From Podarcis filfolensis (Eukaryota): DNA of 64,000 nucleotides. Every line of letters begins with the position of its first letter. The stretch's first letter is position 1. Where the stretch lies: NCBI GenBank assembly GCA_964270895.1, contig OZ185436.1; one strand, given 5' to 3'. Shown in pieces: positions 62,542-64,000 of this stretch. Made by a program: the position numbers and the translations under genes. The notes below the pieces were generated by a model. That model was not told the origin of the DNA. It searched no databases and saw only the letters and a program-made list of their open reading frames with translations.

Positions 62542-63474
62542 TAGTAACAGATGATCCAGCACAACACTTGGGGTCTCCTAGAGCTTTCTACCGGACCTTT
62601 AGTTCACTTTGGCTATAAATACTGGGTTCATGAGATCCCAAGTCAAGTTACCTGGTTATGCTTTACTTTAGCTGTCAGTTGGTACTTTTAAGGTGGGATG
62701 GAAGCTTTAGTTAAATAGGCTCCTTGTGTGTTTTTCAGTGAACAGAAAAATCTGGTACATACTTAGGTCCACCACTGACAGCCATCCAGCCCCAAGGTAG
62801 TGGTAAAGCTGGAACGAACCACAGGATAGGATACCATATCAATAGTGCCTAAATGATATATCTGGGTGTGGCCCTTTCAACAGTTGTAATTTCCTAGCAC
62901 TGTGGTGCATAAGTGAAAATGGAAAGCCTTTAATGTAACATGTTAAACAGAAAGGTTTTTGATAATTGAATCTCTAATATATTCAGTTTTTGGAAACTGA
63001 AGTGTGGGCTTCAGAATGGAACCAATGATTTAATAAGCTTTTCTTTAAAAAATTAATTTAATTTGGTACGGTCATGCAAAACAAGACTTGCATACATGAC
63101 ATAAAATATCTGAGTTTTTCAGTGTTGCATATCCTCAAGGAAGAGAGGCACAGAAATGGGTGCATTCACTACATCCCAGCTATGATATTCCTGTTCCAAC
63201 TAAAGGTGTTCATATAGCATTCAAATGCCACTATTGCAATACTGGGATAACTCTTTTCCTTCTTCAACCACCATTGCATTTAATTAGTCTTAAATCCACA
63301 GGGTGAATCTACTGAAAGTACTTATCTGCCAGTACTCTTTTCTATTTATAGTTAAGATGCTTTTCTGTAACAGCTACATGTGAAGACATTTTCTAGATTC
63401 TATGGGGCTGCCAACAAAGGAATGAGCACCACAAATTGTAGGTACACTACAATTGTGAAATATTTTGGTCTTAC

Positions 63475-63557
63475 CTTGTTAAAGAACTTCACAGGGGCTG
63501 CTACTGAACCCGTTTCCCTGAGGTAGTCAAACCATTTGAAAGGTAGTTTTGCATAAC
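63475..63557 (-). CDS. MBTD1: MBTD1 83-nt exon (end of MBT repeat 3)
   Basis: (G)YAKLPFKWFDYLRETGSVAAPVKFFNK; CTTGTAG acceptor; GTAAGA donor; phase 1-0. Confidence 0.95.
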
Positions 63558-64000
63558 CTACAAGGGATTAACAGTTATGTAGTAGCATCACAAAAACATT
63601 TGCCCTGATCTGTACACAGACACAGACACAGACACACACTCACACACATACACAATCTGCCCCAAGCAGTTTGATAACCATGGAAGGACAGGGTATACAT
63701 TTCTTAGAATAAATTATGAAGTTACTCCTCCCAAGTGGGATCATCAGTCCATCTAGCCCTGCATAGTCTACTTTGCCAAAAGCTCTCCAAGGTATCACAT
63801 AGAGGTCTCTTTTACCTTATCAGAGATCCCTTTCGCTGTTGATGCTAGGGACTCAACTAAGGGCCCTCCAGATGCTGCCAGATCACACTAGTTGGAACAC
63901 TTACTGGGGGTGAAGAACATTGGAATCCAGCTCTAGAGCCTCTGCATGCAAAACATGCCATCTCTCACTGAATCATGGCCCTTCCCTCAGCAGAAGTGCC

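Overview
Vertebrate (squamate, probably lacertid lizard) genomic DNA; the taxon is inferred from Sauria SINEs, L2/CR1 LINE fragments and hAT/Tigger/Tc2 MITEs. The gene order SPAG9 - NME1 - NME2 - MBTD1 matches human 17q21.33. Contents: (1) SPAG9/JIP4 first coding exon on the minus strand (10853-11158) in a CpG island, with intron 1 running off the left edge. (2) A complete NME1 CDS (4 coding exons, 23137-29904, 153 aa). (3) A complete NME2 CDS (4 coding exons, 36042-39962, 153 aa) with its own CpG island. (4) The 3' end of MBTD1 on the minus strand (exons from 63557 down to the stop at 44919, plus a long 3' UTR). Main leads: an in-frame, stop-free NME1 exon 4 to NME2 exon 2 junction (NM23-LV-type read-through); a 192-nt symmetric MBTD1 exon missing from the canonical human protein as I recall it; NME1 lacking its own CpG island, with a candidate first exon in the SPAG9 promoter; an Ala>Pro change in the NME2 GPVVAM strand; and several structured or nested transposons. 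I found no convincing wholly new biological system. All exon calls come from manual translation and recalled protein sequences, not database searches. Repeat boundaries are approximate unless a TSD is quoted.
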